Shown in pieces: positions 1-11,315 of a stretch of DNA of 40,711 nucleotides. The DNA is from Octopus sinensis. Taxonomy: Eukaryota. The first letter of the stretch is position 1; every line of letters begins with the position of its first letter. The stretch covers positions 1 through 40,711 of the forward strand of contig NW_021835421.1 in NCBI RefSeq assembly GCF_006345805.1. The letters run 5' to 3'. The translations under genes were made by a program, and so were the position numbers. The notes beneath the pieces are model-generated. The model worked only from the letters and a program-made list of their open reading frames with translations. It had not been told where the DNA came from and ran no database searches.

Positions 1-140
1 TCATGTTTGTAATTCGGACATGGCTACTTAATGAGAAGCAACTCCATAAAAATACTGAACTATACTGTGAATATGATCGATCATTTTACTCTCCCGCTTT
101 CTTATCAAGTCTTTCTTCTCTCATTTTCACACATTGTGTT

Positions 141-250
<110 letters not shown>

Positions 251-730
251 CAGCCATCCATCTTACTCATTCTGCAGTACACATGCATTTATCCTCGCTC
301 AAACACACAATAGTGTGTGTGCATGTATGTAAGTATGTGTGCGTGTGTGCGTATGGATCTGTGTTTCTGTGTATGGTATAATTTTCCAAAGCTAGATTAG
401 CATTCGATCAGTTACAAGAGAAAAGATATAATAAAAACCACTAAAATCTCTGTGGAATACAGTTCCCCAGGGTTTCCTGGTCGAAATATTAATATATTTC
501 GACAGTTATCAAGCTGGCAAAAACAACAGGACGGTTTAATAAGTGCGTTCGCCGCGGTCGACGTTTGAATGTGCAAATCCATTTAGAAATGATGACAGAG
601 AGAACTCAAGGGGAAATTGACTTGACAGTAAATAAAATATTTTACAAATATCAGAATTACACACACCAACACTGGAATGCGTTATGAAGTGACTGTTGCT
701 TTATCCCTAATTCCTGCTAAAATATTTTTT

Positions 731-1400
731 ATGGCCGTGTTCCAACCCGAACCGCATCAACAAAGCCCGCCCGTCGCACATCACGGTCCTACATCAACAT
801 CATTTCTTTGAGGTTCTGGATATATTTTAGATCAGTGTTTGCGATCAAGTTGTCGATGTAAGTGTGACGACGTTTTCCTCTTCTTACATCCCCATGAAGT
901 GGGTCCCACATGACTAATTTGGATGCTTGCAGTATAAAGTGGCGCATGCAGTGACCAGATGGTCGAAGCCGTCTTCTCTTGGTCTTCTCGCTAGCTTTCG
1001 CAGGTCGTCATAAAGGCATTTGTTTGTCATATGTTGCTGCCATTTCACATTTAGAGCCATTCATAGCAGCCTTGTGTAGCATCCATTTAGCCTCTTGGTA
1101 ATTTCTTTGTTCATGTCCACGTTTTACTTCCATACAATAGCACTGATTCGACAGTTGCAATGAACAGCATGATTTTGATTCACCTGGACAATATGGAGTT
1201 CCAATTATTCTTTAGTTTGTGACAGGCGATCTATGCTTGTGCCTTCCTGATCTTGATGTCTACTTTCGAACTGTTCACTCAACCACCGTGTACTTTCAGC
1301 ATCATTCAATTTGGAACTGCTAAAAGCAAACAGTTCAGCATGACTTGATTGTTTGAAAGATAATCATTCTGGTTCCTTGACATTTGAATGCAGTCAAATT
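731..1400 (-). mobile_element. RTE-clade LINE, degenerate 3' ORF fragment
   Basis: Minus-strand hand translation across stops and frameshifts gives IKIMLFIATVESVLLYGSKTWT, NGCYTRLL*MALNVKWQQHMTN and RRRLRPSGHCMRH...ASKLVMWDPLHGDVRRGKRRHTYIDNL, the typical post-RT C-terminus of RTE-type LINEs. Confidence 0.85.
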
Positions 1401-1918
1401 TTAGAAGCTTGTTCTTTGATGGACATGTATTTTGTAAAATGTGAAAATGATAAAAAAATATCGCTTCTGGTTTTCATATTGTCATTAGAAGTTCTAAACT
1501 TGTTTTAAAAGTAATAATTCCTTTTAAAAGAGTTTTTCCGGCGAGAAGAAGGAATATCTTTTACCTGTTAATATAAAATTTGATCCAAGAAAAAATATCT
1601 TCCATTTGATGTTGTAGATGTTCTCGTCCTTATGTCTCCAGATTAATGCGAGAATGCTGTTGCGTCTGTTCTAGATGGTTATTCCATCTAGATTTTAAGT
1701 TTATGTCCACTCATCCTATGTAAAATTTGTTTCTATCCGGTCGCTTAGTTTATTGATACATCTGTGCTTCATGATCATGAGAGGACACGTCGCATGTGCA
1801 TCAAGAATAGCTCCGAGTCATCAGTTGTTTACTGATATAGGCCTTTACATATATTTCTATACCTATAGTTGCTGAGAAATTGATTATCAAGCAAAAATAA
1901 TAACTATATGTATATAAG

Positions 1919-2370
1919 TGTAGATGTGGCTGTGTAGTAAAACGTTTGCTTCCCACATTCTTCTGGGTTCAATCCCACTGGTAGAACCTTGATCAAGTGT
2001 TTTCTGCAAAAGCCTACAACCGACGTGAGAGATGTCATCGCAGAATATACACGCAGCAAGTATAGATGGGCTGGACACGTCGCCCGGCTCACCGATAATC
2101 GGTGGACGCACGCAGTTGACGAGTGGTACCCGTGCGAGCGGATAAAACCACCCGGAAGACCTCCACGATTTCAGGAGGAAGATTGGGATCACGCGATCCA
2201 GGGAGGAGTGGACAGCGTGCTGTGACCAGCGGTGTCAAATGGACGCCTGACGGACTGGTCGGTCATGGTGATCAAGGTGAAATTCACAACGCATCATATA
2301 CATGTATTATTTTCATATTCGCAAATTTGCTCCTGTAAACTGATAGAAGAAAACTGAAAGAAGCCCGTTT
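1919..2370 (+). mobile_element. tRNA-derived SINE (family A) split by an RTE fragment
   Basis: Head gtggctgtgtagtaa...gggttcaatcccactg...aagtgttttctg (to ~2023) and tail aaactgaaagaagcccgt (~2350-2368) match the intact family A copy at 19172-19330. Confidence 0.7.
2024..2280 (+). mobile_element. RTE-clade LINE 3' fragment
   Basis: ORF 1989-2225 contains SKYRWAGHVARLTDNRWTHAVDEWYPCERIKPPGRPP, the RTE RWAGHV...RWT...W.P...GRP motif. Confidence 0.85.
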
Positions 2371-2617
2371 GTTCCCAACTTTGACCATCCATAAATTCAA
2401 AATTTGGGAATTTATGGGAGCAACTGTCTTTGAAGACTTATATGTCGTTGAATGCTAGAAACGAGGAGTAGATAGTAAACCGATAACTAATGAAGGGTCT
2501 ATCGTTGTGTTACTTCTCCTGTTTTCAAGATTTTCTGTCGTTGTTTGCGTAATTAACTCGCTTGTTTTCATTCTTCATTTTGCTTACACAGTTGGTGACG
2601 TCCTGTACCCAAATATG

Positions 2618-2656
<39 letters not shown>

Positions 2657-2699
2657 ATATAAATAATATGTAAATATATGCATATATACATGCATATAT

Positions 2700-3240
2700 G
2701 TACATACCTACATCTATATGTATCTATACTTGCATAAATGGGTACTGGACATAGAAAAATCGTTGAACACAATGAGAAACGAAAACAAAAACAAAAACAT
2801 GGAAACGAACTTTTCTTCAACAACGAAAAAACAGAGTACAAGACATACAACACAAGGAATATTCCCCTTCTTCAGTTGTCTCTGTTTAGTCTACTCCGCG
2901 TTACGAAGGTAAGGACAAGACGCGACTTCGTTGAAACAGTCCTTCCCGCAAAGCAAATTAAATAAAATTTGAGATTTTTTGCAGAGGGGTAAAAGTGGTA
3001 ACAAGAACAGGTCAGTAAGAACAAAACAAGACAGTAAAAACAATAAAAGTAAAAACAGTAAAGGACAGAACAAAGAGAATAAAACAGTAAAACAAACGAT
3101 GAGGGCTGTTAAGCCAAGACAATGGAAAAATTATTCTGAACGCTTGAGGAGATAGCTTATAAGAGAGACAGAATAAGCGGTCTTGTCTTGTTGAAGATAG
3201 CAGTTGGAAAGATGGCTTCCCCTTTTTACATACCTGTAAC
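2700..3240. mobile_element. Unclassified interspersed repeat, possibly PLE-derived
   Basis: Complex, purine-skewed non-coding tract between microsatellites; carries a minus-strand CTGAAGAAGGGG resembling PLE termini. No protein homology seen. Confidence 0.3.
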
Positions 3241-3829
3241 TTAGGGGTTTAGCATAAAAGGTTATAAAATAAGTACCAGCTTTGGAAAACTATAAGTACT
3301 GGGGTCTATACGTTCGAGTTTTAAGTGAAACAAGTAAAAGTTAAAAGATATATATACGTGTGAATGAATGCATAGTAAAAACGCAGAGGCACAGAAGATA
3401 AAATAAAGATAAAAACAAGCAAATATATACACATGCGCACACACACTTGTAGATATATACACAAATGTATGTCTGTACATACATACCTACATAATACATA
3501 CATATATACATACTTAGAGAAATTGCTCTGACAAAAGCAGCTTTAATTTTCTTTGGTCATTCAATTTACCTCAATTGATCAATAGACCAATTGAGTAAAC
3601 CTATCAGTAATGTACCTATAATGACTACTGGAAACAGATGTAAGCCAAATTTGGTCTAACAAAGGAATTATATGTAATGTCCATTATTTTTAACTTCTTA
3701 AATATCACTCTATAAAACCCAGTTTATCTGAAACCTTTCCATGGATTTACAATATAGAACTTGGGGCTCTACCAAAAGATTACTAGGATTACGGTTTCAA
3801 CTTATGAAAATCCCACAGCCTACACTTCT

Positions 3830-4180
3830 TTGTCAGTCATAATGCTTATGTCGAATGTGGCATTTGAGCCCAGCGAACGATTTGCAAAGAAACCCGCAGA
3901 TGTTGCATATATGGGGATTACGCATCAATGCGCAACGGTATATCTGTAGCCACTTTTTTCTTTTGCCTTGCACCCATAAGCCTGTTAATTCTGGTTGAAT
4001 ACGATGATCTCCATTTTTCTCGCTCCGTGGTTGTTTAGTGAAAGATTTCGTGGTCTATAATGACTGCTGAGACGTTACTTTTCAGATTATCCTTATATCT
4101 GAGCCATAGTCGACCAAACTTTCTGTGTCTACAATCAAGCTATCGATTTCGCCAATCTTACACTTGCTAAACAAGTCGAC
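3830..4180 (-). mobile_element. RTE-clade LINE 3' end with terminal C2H2 finger
   Basis: Minus strand reads LRYKDNLKSN...EREKWRSS and then HICNICGFLCKSFAGLKCHIRHKHYD*, matching the RYKDxLK motif and C-terminal C2H2 finger of RTE ORFs. Confidence 0.75.
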
Positions 4181-4502
4181 ACATATATATTTACCAAATG
4201 AAAGACAGAAGATGGAATATACGAGAATATATTATTAATCAACAACAATTATTTCGACACATCTAGCACCGACTTCTCTTGTGGGACACACAAAACTGGT
4301 TCAGGAGTATCCGGTGGTGCAGACGTATTTCGTCGGGTGATAAATAGATAAGAAAAAGACTCGTTGGAATGACTGTAGAAAAACAGCCAGACGGAAGAAA
4401 AATTCTTCATATATACAGAAAATGCAAAAATCAAACCGCAGAAGACAATAAGAGAAACGAACACTTAATCCAGCGAGAAAAGTATTGAAAATAACCGTAT
4501 AA

Positions 4503-6350
4503 GAGGGCTATTAGGAACAGTAATGGCCCCAGAACAGTTCCGTGGGGGCCACCACTTAGGACTTGAGTTTCCTCAGAAATGGCACCATTGGCTGCAACTA
4601 TCTGACTTCTGTTTTTAAGGAAGTCAATCAGCCACTCTCCCAGTTTACCAGCGATGCCAAGGTCTCGTAGCTTATGACTTATCATACCATGATCTACCTT
4701 ATCAAATGCCTTTGCAAAGTCAAGGTATATCACACTGACATCTGAATGGTCAAGCAGTTGTTTCAAAACCCAGTCATAGTGCCGTAGGCGCGGTAAGAGG
4801 CAGCTTCTTCCTGGACAGCTATGTATTGTTCAGTAGGTCAATTTCTTCTAGGAACATTATCAACTTCAAATAATGACTCTACGTGCTTTTGTTCATGCAG
4901 TGACATCTCAGAGTAGATGTGGCCTACTGGATATTTGATATGTGGGAGTTGAAATCACCCAGGAAGGGTATGTTGATGTTCTGATCTAGGTTTGTTTAAA
5001 ACCTCTTCGATGCGTTGAGGCTATCCTCAAATATTCCATCTTATTTTGTGGTATTCGGCGGATGATGTAGTGTATACCACTACATCAGCTTGCTTTATAT
5101 GTATTATTAAGGTGTTGTGCAAAGTGAGTTTGAATGTGACAATAATACAAGAGGGGTGACATCTTCACGGATGTACATAGCAACTCCGCTGTGCCTTCTT
5201 CCTCTTCTGTCTGTACGAAAGAAATACATCATACACTGCTATGTGCACTTCCGCATCTGTTACACAGGGCTAGATGCGTTTCAGGGCGTGCCATGCATAA
5301 TGCTTGATTGCATGTAGCAAGTTCTTTTAGATAGAGAATTTTACCTGTTGCTGAGTTGTAGTAGTGGGTGCGATATCGGGGTAGGTGCGATATCCTGAGC
5401 TTGTCACCTGGGTCGGTCTTGTGCGTTCGAATGCATGGCTTTGACAGCTGCAGTAGTATCTTCTGGGCCATGTTCAGAATAGCCTTTTGTTCGAAAGCTG
5501 CTGTTCGTACAGCATATTGCCTTTTGAGGGGTGCAGAATGCATGCGTTGATCTCTTTTCCTACTCTTTTCAGATCCATGCTCGATGATCTCTCTCTGTTT
5601 TTGCTGGTTTTGTCTTGGGTTTCCCTGCTTTTGTTTTGATAAGTTTTGGGATGGGCAAAGCCTCAGCCCTCCCTCTCCTGTTTCTCCATGGCAGCAGGTG
5701 CCATTAAGGTGAAATTTACATGCAACCTGGGCTCCGTCCGTTTCTATCCTTATGCTTCTTCGTTTTTCCTTTTGGCATTTTGGGTTTTTTGTCTTTTTGC
5801 TTGTCCTTCTGTTAACTTTGGACATCAGGTCATCAGGTTTTGCTGCTGTATCAGTTTTTTGTCTGCTTCTGTTTATCACCACAGTCCAACTTTGACTATT
5901 CTTATTGCAGTTGTTGCTACTGGCAGTGTTGGTTTTGGGACCAGTAGTGTTCGCAGATTCTGTTTCAGTACTGTTTTTGGGGTCAGTGATGTTTGCAGTT
6001 TCGTTTTTTACACTGTCTGTTTGTCCTTCATTGGATTCCAGGCATGCAAGGTCGTCATTGAACACTTCTGTCTCCTTCATTATGTTTTCTAGAAGATTGA
6101 TAAACGGCTTGACAAGAGCATAGAAACGTATGAACTCGTGTTTCTTTCGAGCAATCTGTGCCATGGACCTATGGTAAGCATAGCTTTTGAAGACCGCCGC
6201 TATCCGGTCGTTGGACGGAGAACCCTCGCTCATGCTCCATCCTTGAATAAATAGACGGGGCTCTTCTAACTGCCAATTTCGACGCAGCTTTTGTATTTTG
6301 TTTGCCTGAATGTAACTCTGTATGAATTTGCTGTTGTTGGTGTCCATCTG
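4503..6350 (-). mobile_element. CR1-clade LINE, internally deleted (ORF1, AP endonuclease, partial RT)
   Basis: ORF 5229-6347 has an ORF1-like N-terminus with a CCCH-like motif (CKFHLNGTCCHGETGEG, then FAHP after a frameshift). APE motifs follow (ETHL, DRRGRRHSGVAMYIRED, GDFN), then RT motifs PGRSC, YLDFAKAFDKVDH and GTVLGPLLFLIAL. Confidence 0.9.
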
Positions 6351-6761
6351 TTGATTTTTATTGAATAAAGAAGAGAGAGAGAGCCGAAATGTTCAGAGAG
6401 AGAGAGAGAGTGAGAGAGAGAGGGAGAGAGGGAGAGAGAGATTAATAGGGAGTTTGCGAAAAGGATACGGATGTTTGTATCGAAGAGATAGAGAAAGGAA
6501 AGTTCAATGAGAGATGGAATATGAGATAAAGAGTCTGAATCAAGTGGTGTCGTTACGTGTAGGAGAAAAATAAGGTGGTCTATAATAGGATGGGAGAAAG
6601 GGAGAAAGAAAGGTATCGTAGATGATTCCAAAATAGTGTACTTTACATGGGTGCAAAAAATCGAAAAATATAACTTTAGAAACGTTCTGAGAGAACGATA
6701 GAGAGAAATAATGTTTAAGAGGAGAATGTAAGAATTTAAATGTCGTGCAACTTTATGAACG

Positions 6762-6764
<3 letters not shown>

Positions 6765-6850
<86 letters not shown>
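6765..6850. repeat. (GA)n microsatellite
   Basis: Pure ga array. Confidence 0.98.
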
Positions 6851-6853
<3 letters not shown>

Positions 6854-7088
6854 GCGAAAGATAAAATTGATGTTATGTACTGAAAATGGATTCAGAAAGA
6901 GAATGTTTTTAAGGAGACAATCGAGAAATATTTAACACTAGGAAAGTTTAAGGCAGAAGAAAGAAAGAGGTATGGTGTCACTAATTGCAAAAAAGGAATC
7001 GTGGTAATAAGTTTTAAGGACGTTCGATAAAAAACGAGGTAATGAACGTTAAGTAGGTTCGAACAAAATATTTATTTTAACTCTGAAT

Positions 7089-7138
7089 GTACATCAATCA
7101 GACATCTACATAGATATGTAGATGTCTGATTGATGTAC
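7089..7138. repeat. Perfect 24-bp inverted repeat with 2-nt spacer
   Basis: gtacatcaatcagacatctacata-ga-tatgtagatgtctgattgatgtac; the arms are exact reverse complements. Confidence 0.97.
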
Positions 7139-7249
7139 TTGGTGCAGACATGGTTGTATTTATTATTATTATTATTATTATTACTATTATTAATATTAAT
7201 AGTAATTTTTATTGACTTTTATAGGTTTATAATTTTATGAACTGAACTG

Positions 7250-7700
7250 TGTCTTTTTTTATTTTTTATGTACAGGTCTGATTTAAATTTAAATGTGAGT
7301 GTGCATATATTTTCCTGTAGGTTAGTTTTGGAACTAGTAGCCCAATATGTAGAATAACTGTGTTTGTTAATATATATTGATATATTTTGTTTTGTTTATT
7401 TTGTATTATTGTATTAAGAGTATATATTATGTGTAGTATTATGAGTGTCTATGCACACGTTTTTATATTTTATATTTTATATTTATATGTATAAAAAAAT
7501 TTGTTCACACTTATAATAAATTAAATTCTCTGAAGAGGCCGTGGGACATCCTTGTTAATGTCTCATTTATACCTGCCTTATATGGCTTATAGGTTAAATG
7601 AGGCATACTTGCCCTTACGGCCGAAACAGCTGTCAGATATGATATAATTATATATTATATTTTATATTTTATATTTCTAATTCCTTGTCTAATTATATTT
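7250..7700 (+). mobile_element. Penelope-like element 3' terminal region
   Basis: T-rich UTR-like tract ending in a CTGAAGA...GAAAC hammerhead motif, as known for PLE terminal repeats. No coding part seen. Confidence 0.55.
7527..7637 (+). ncRNA. Type I hammerhead ribozyme motif with long stem II insertion
   Basis: UCU CUGAAGA GGCCGU [74 nt] ACGGCC GAA ACAGCUGU C AGA. All core nucleotides present, 6-bp stem II, palindromic stem III, GUC cleavage triplet after C7634; stem I is only 3 bp. Confidence 0.75.
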
Positions 7701-7822
7701 ACAATATATTTTGTATAATGCCTTTACTGTTATGTAATGGTGTAATAAAGTATTGATTGGGTATCATCTGATGGTTGATGTTTGATTGATTTAAGTATGT
7801 TTCTCCATTTTCTAATTTTGTA

Positions 7823-7854
<32 letters not shown>

Positions 7855-7859
7855 GTGTG

Positions 7860-8068
7860 TATATGTTTGAGTACCTGTGTTTATTCCCCCCCCAACATCG
7901 CTTGACAACCGATGCTGACGTGTTTACGTCTCAGTAACTTAGAGGTTCGGCAAAAAGACCGGTAGAACAAATGCTAGGCTTACAAAGAATAAGTCCTGGG
8001 GTCGATTTGCTCGACTAAAAGGCGGTGTTCAGCATGGCCATAGTCAAATAACTAAAACAAGGGAAAGA
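7860..8068 (+). mobile_element. SINE 3' module (family A-associated)
   Basis: tgacaaccgatgctg...cggcaaaa...gtcgatttgctcgactaaa matches 19380-19565 and the reverse complement of 26220-26400. Confidence 0.85.
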
Positions 8069-8131
8069 GTAAATGAGTATGTAAATATATACGTATGTAC
8101 GTATATGCTAGATTGTGAATGTATGCCTCTG

Positions 8132-8176
<45 letters not shown>

Positions 8177-8939
8177 ATGTATTTGTGTGTGTGTATTTAT
8201 ATGTATAAACGTCAAAATATATATGTATGCAGACGCTTATGTGCATATGACGATGAAGTTGCGTCCACATATATATGTGTTTGTGTTTGTGCGCGTATGT
8301 GTGCGTGCGTGCGTATGTGTGTATGTATGTGTACGTGCGTGCGTATGTGTGTATGTATGTGTACGTGCGTGTGAGTCGATATATGGATATGTATTAGTAT
8401 GTACATGCACATATATGTTTGTGTGTATATGTGTATGTACATATGTTTGTGTGAGTGTGTATGTAGATGTTTCTAACACAGGAAGATTTGTCTACGTATT
8501 GTGACAAGATGGTTGTATGTATTTCTCAAACACATTCTAATTCAAAACCCTTTCATGTCCAAGATATTTTCTTGTCATCACAACATACAAAAATAACATA
8601 TAAATGTATATAATTAAGTATGTAAGTCTTCTCTACGTATAACTACAACAATAAATATTATATAAATAATTACAACTTCAATACAACTCTTTTATCTATT
8701 TAAATTTGTTGGTATTAAAAAACATTATTGCTTAAATTAACACATACTAATCATCTATATTTATCATTTTCTCGGAGGAATAATTCCGTAGTAGATATGA
8801 ATAGACACCTAATAAAAATTTCTCTCGCTGTTTACTTAATCTATCGCAGGGAGAATTCCTTAAGCATTGCTGAAATGGACTTAAGCCTGCAAATGCGATA
8901 AACAAAATACCTCATGCATACATACATACATACATACAT

Positions 8940-8987
<48 letters not shown>

Positions 8988-8992
8988 GTGAA

Positions 8993-9203
8993 GGCGCATG
9001 GCTCAGTGATTAGAGCGTCGAGCTTACGATCGTGAGGTTGTGAGTTCGAATCCCGGACCGGGCTACGTGTTGTGTTCTTGAGCAAGACATTTTATTTCAC
9101 GTTGCTCCAGTTCACTCAGTTGTAGAAATGAGTTGTACCTGGGAGGGTAACTTTCTAGGTGTAATCCCACAGTCAGTCATGGCCGACCGAAGGGGTTCTC
9201 AGC

Positions 9204-9205
<2 letters not shown>
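8993..9205 (+). mobile_element. tRNA-derived SINE (family B)
   Basis: Pol III A box tggctcagtgattag (8999-9013) and B box gttcgaatcc (9044-9053), followed by a SINE body (gtgttcttgagcaagaca...) shared in part with 15250-15465. Confidence 0.85.
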
Positions 9206-9234
<29 letters not shown>

Positions 9235-9589
9235 TATATATATTAAGCTACAGTAATGGAAATCAAATTTATTAATTTGTTAGTGGTGACCAGATTTGAA
9301 GTTTCTAAAAAAAATTACCGTTATTCGCACACCATGAAAGGGAGAATTTAGTGAATCGACAGAAATCATCAATACGAAGGAAACAAGTAACAAGAACAGT
9401 TCCCGGTGAACTAATCAATATTATTATTTACAAAATAAAGGGTGATATATGGTGCAAATCCAAACTCTATCAATACTTTCAGAAGTAACAAACAACATTG
9501 TTGCAATAAGAATACAATTTATAAACTATACAATACCATAATAATTATTAGTTTGGTTATTAAATGTAGTTAGTAAGTGAAATGAAACA

Positions 9590-9799
<210 letters not shown>

Positions 9800-9800
<1 letters not shown>

Positions 9801-9992
9801 GAGTTAATCCAAACATGAAAACACAAGAGAAAACACAGCAACGCGAGGACGTGGAACAAGTATAGTATTATTGACGCTCAGGAAAGAAGGGAAGAAAGAG
9901 GGTTTAACGTTTCGAGCGGAGCTCTTCGTCGGAAACATAGGAAAAGGAAAGCTCCAAAGAAGGGAAGACGGAGGAAAAAATCGCCAACGGTA
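9800..9992 (-). mobile_element. Short PLE-terminus-like repeat with hammerhead variant
   Basis: Minus strand 9936-9902 reads GTTT CCGACGA A GAGC TCC GCTC GAA ACGT T AAAC. Confidence 0.45.
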
Positions 9993-10051
9993 TACATACA
10001 TATACATACACACACAAAAAAAATATATATGCATATACGCACATACATATG

Positions 10052-10084
<33 letters not shown>

Positions 10085-10500
10085 ATACATATATACATAT
10101 ACATACACAGGGACACATTTACACATATATACATATATATACATATAAACATACATATACATATATATACACATGCGTATACATATATATATACACACAT
10201 ACACATATATACATACATACGCACATGTGCAGATATACATATATACACACATATACACATTTATACACATACATACACATATCCACATATACATATATAT
10301 ATATATATACATACACACATATACTCATATACACATATATATGTACTTTCCTATATATACGCTGAAGCACATACATATGCTAACTATATATCGATTGTAT
10401 CAGATGAAAAAACATGTCTGTGTATAGAAGAGCTTACATGTATATACACAAACATATACTTATCTATACATGCACATATATGTACACTTATACAAGTATA
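9993..10500. repeat. Compound TA/CA microsatellite tract
   Basis: Low-complexity tata/caca mixture; source of many spurious ORFs. Confidence 0.9.
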
Positions 10501-10519
10501 GATACGAGTCCAGATATAC

Positions 10520-11315
10520 ACACTTAATAAAATTTCCTAAACACGAATTTAGAATAGTATGTACAAGATAAAACACTCTCACGTCTTTCATTGAGCAATT
10601 TCTTCTTAGATGTTAATATCAGATATAATTCATTATACACAGGGTCCATCTAACGTTATTTTATGATTTTATACGATCTAGCATGCCTAAGTATATTTCA
10701 GTTTCTTTTCTAAGATTTTTTACTATCCTTCAATTCCCAGATTAGTCTATTTAGACAAGCACTGTTAAATCTATCTCTATTCCTAAAGGTCAATCCATGG
10801 TTTGCTACCCGTTTTTTAATAAAATTTTCCGTAGACCCTATGTAAAATGAAATGTTCTTCCGTATTCACCCTACATCTATATGCAATATAATTCTGTAAA
10901 CAAAAAATATTAAATAAACATTTATCCTTATATCTACAATCATAGTTTCTAGCTGGATCATTATTTGTAATATTATTGTTATTTTTTCTTCTATTATAAA
11001 AATTGCCTAAATATTTATTATTAAAGGAGGAGATAATTCTAAACAAAGTTTTAGATACTGAAAGCCTATTCTAATCCTTTTATTATTAAATATTTTATAA
11101 TATTTATGTTCTAAAGTGCTTAGATATAGATCTATAAAATAGCTTGACCAGATTCGTTTTCATTTGTCGTTCGCAAGGAATGATAAACCAAATATAATTA
11201 TCTTCATTATACTTAACATCATTGGGTGTATTTAGGTTGGCATATGGCATACATTTATTATCATTAGAACTAAATTTATTCAAATATTTGTGCCTAGAAT
11301 GCCCAGAATTATTTT
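10520..11315 (-). mobile_element. Penelope-like element, GIY-YIG/C-terminal half (inverted)
   Basis: Minus strand reads NYIWFIIPCERQMKTNLVKLFYRSISKHF, then CRYKDKCLFNIFCLQNYIAYRCRV, then KRVANHGLTFRNRDRFNSACLNRLIWELK, the conserved PLE linker and GIY-YIG order. Confidence 0.85.

Noticed and set aside
2860-2935. Minus-strand CTGAAGA plus an upstream GAAG-TCGCG-TC that could form a permuted hammerhead
   Set aside because: Stem I (gacaa/ttgtc) is possible, but there is no stem II partner and the GAAA core is broken.
8530-8900. Possible PLE 3' end on the minus strand with TGATGA-CAAGA/TCTTG
   Set aside because: Protein similarity is marginal and the hammerhead core is incomplete.
8993-9060. tRNA-like sequence with A and B boxes
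   Set aside because: It runs directly into a SINE body and lacks a proper acceptor stem, so it is a SINE head rather than a tRNA gene.
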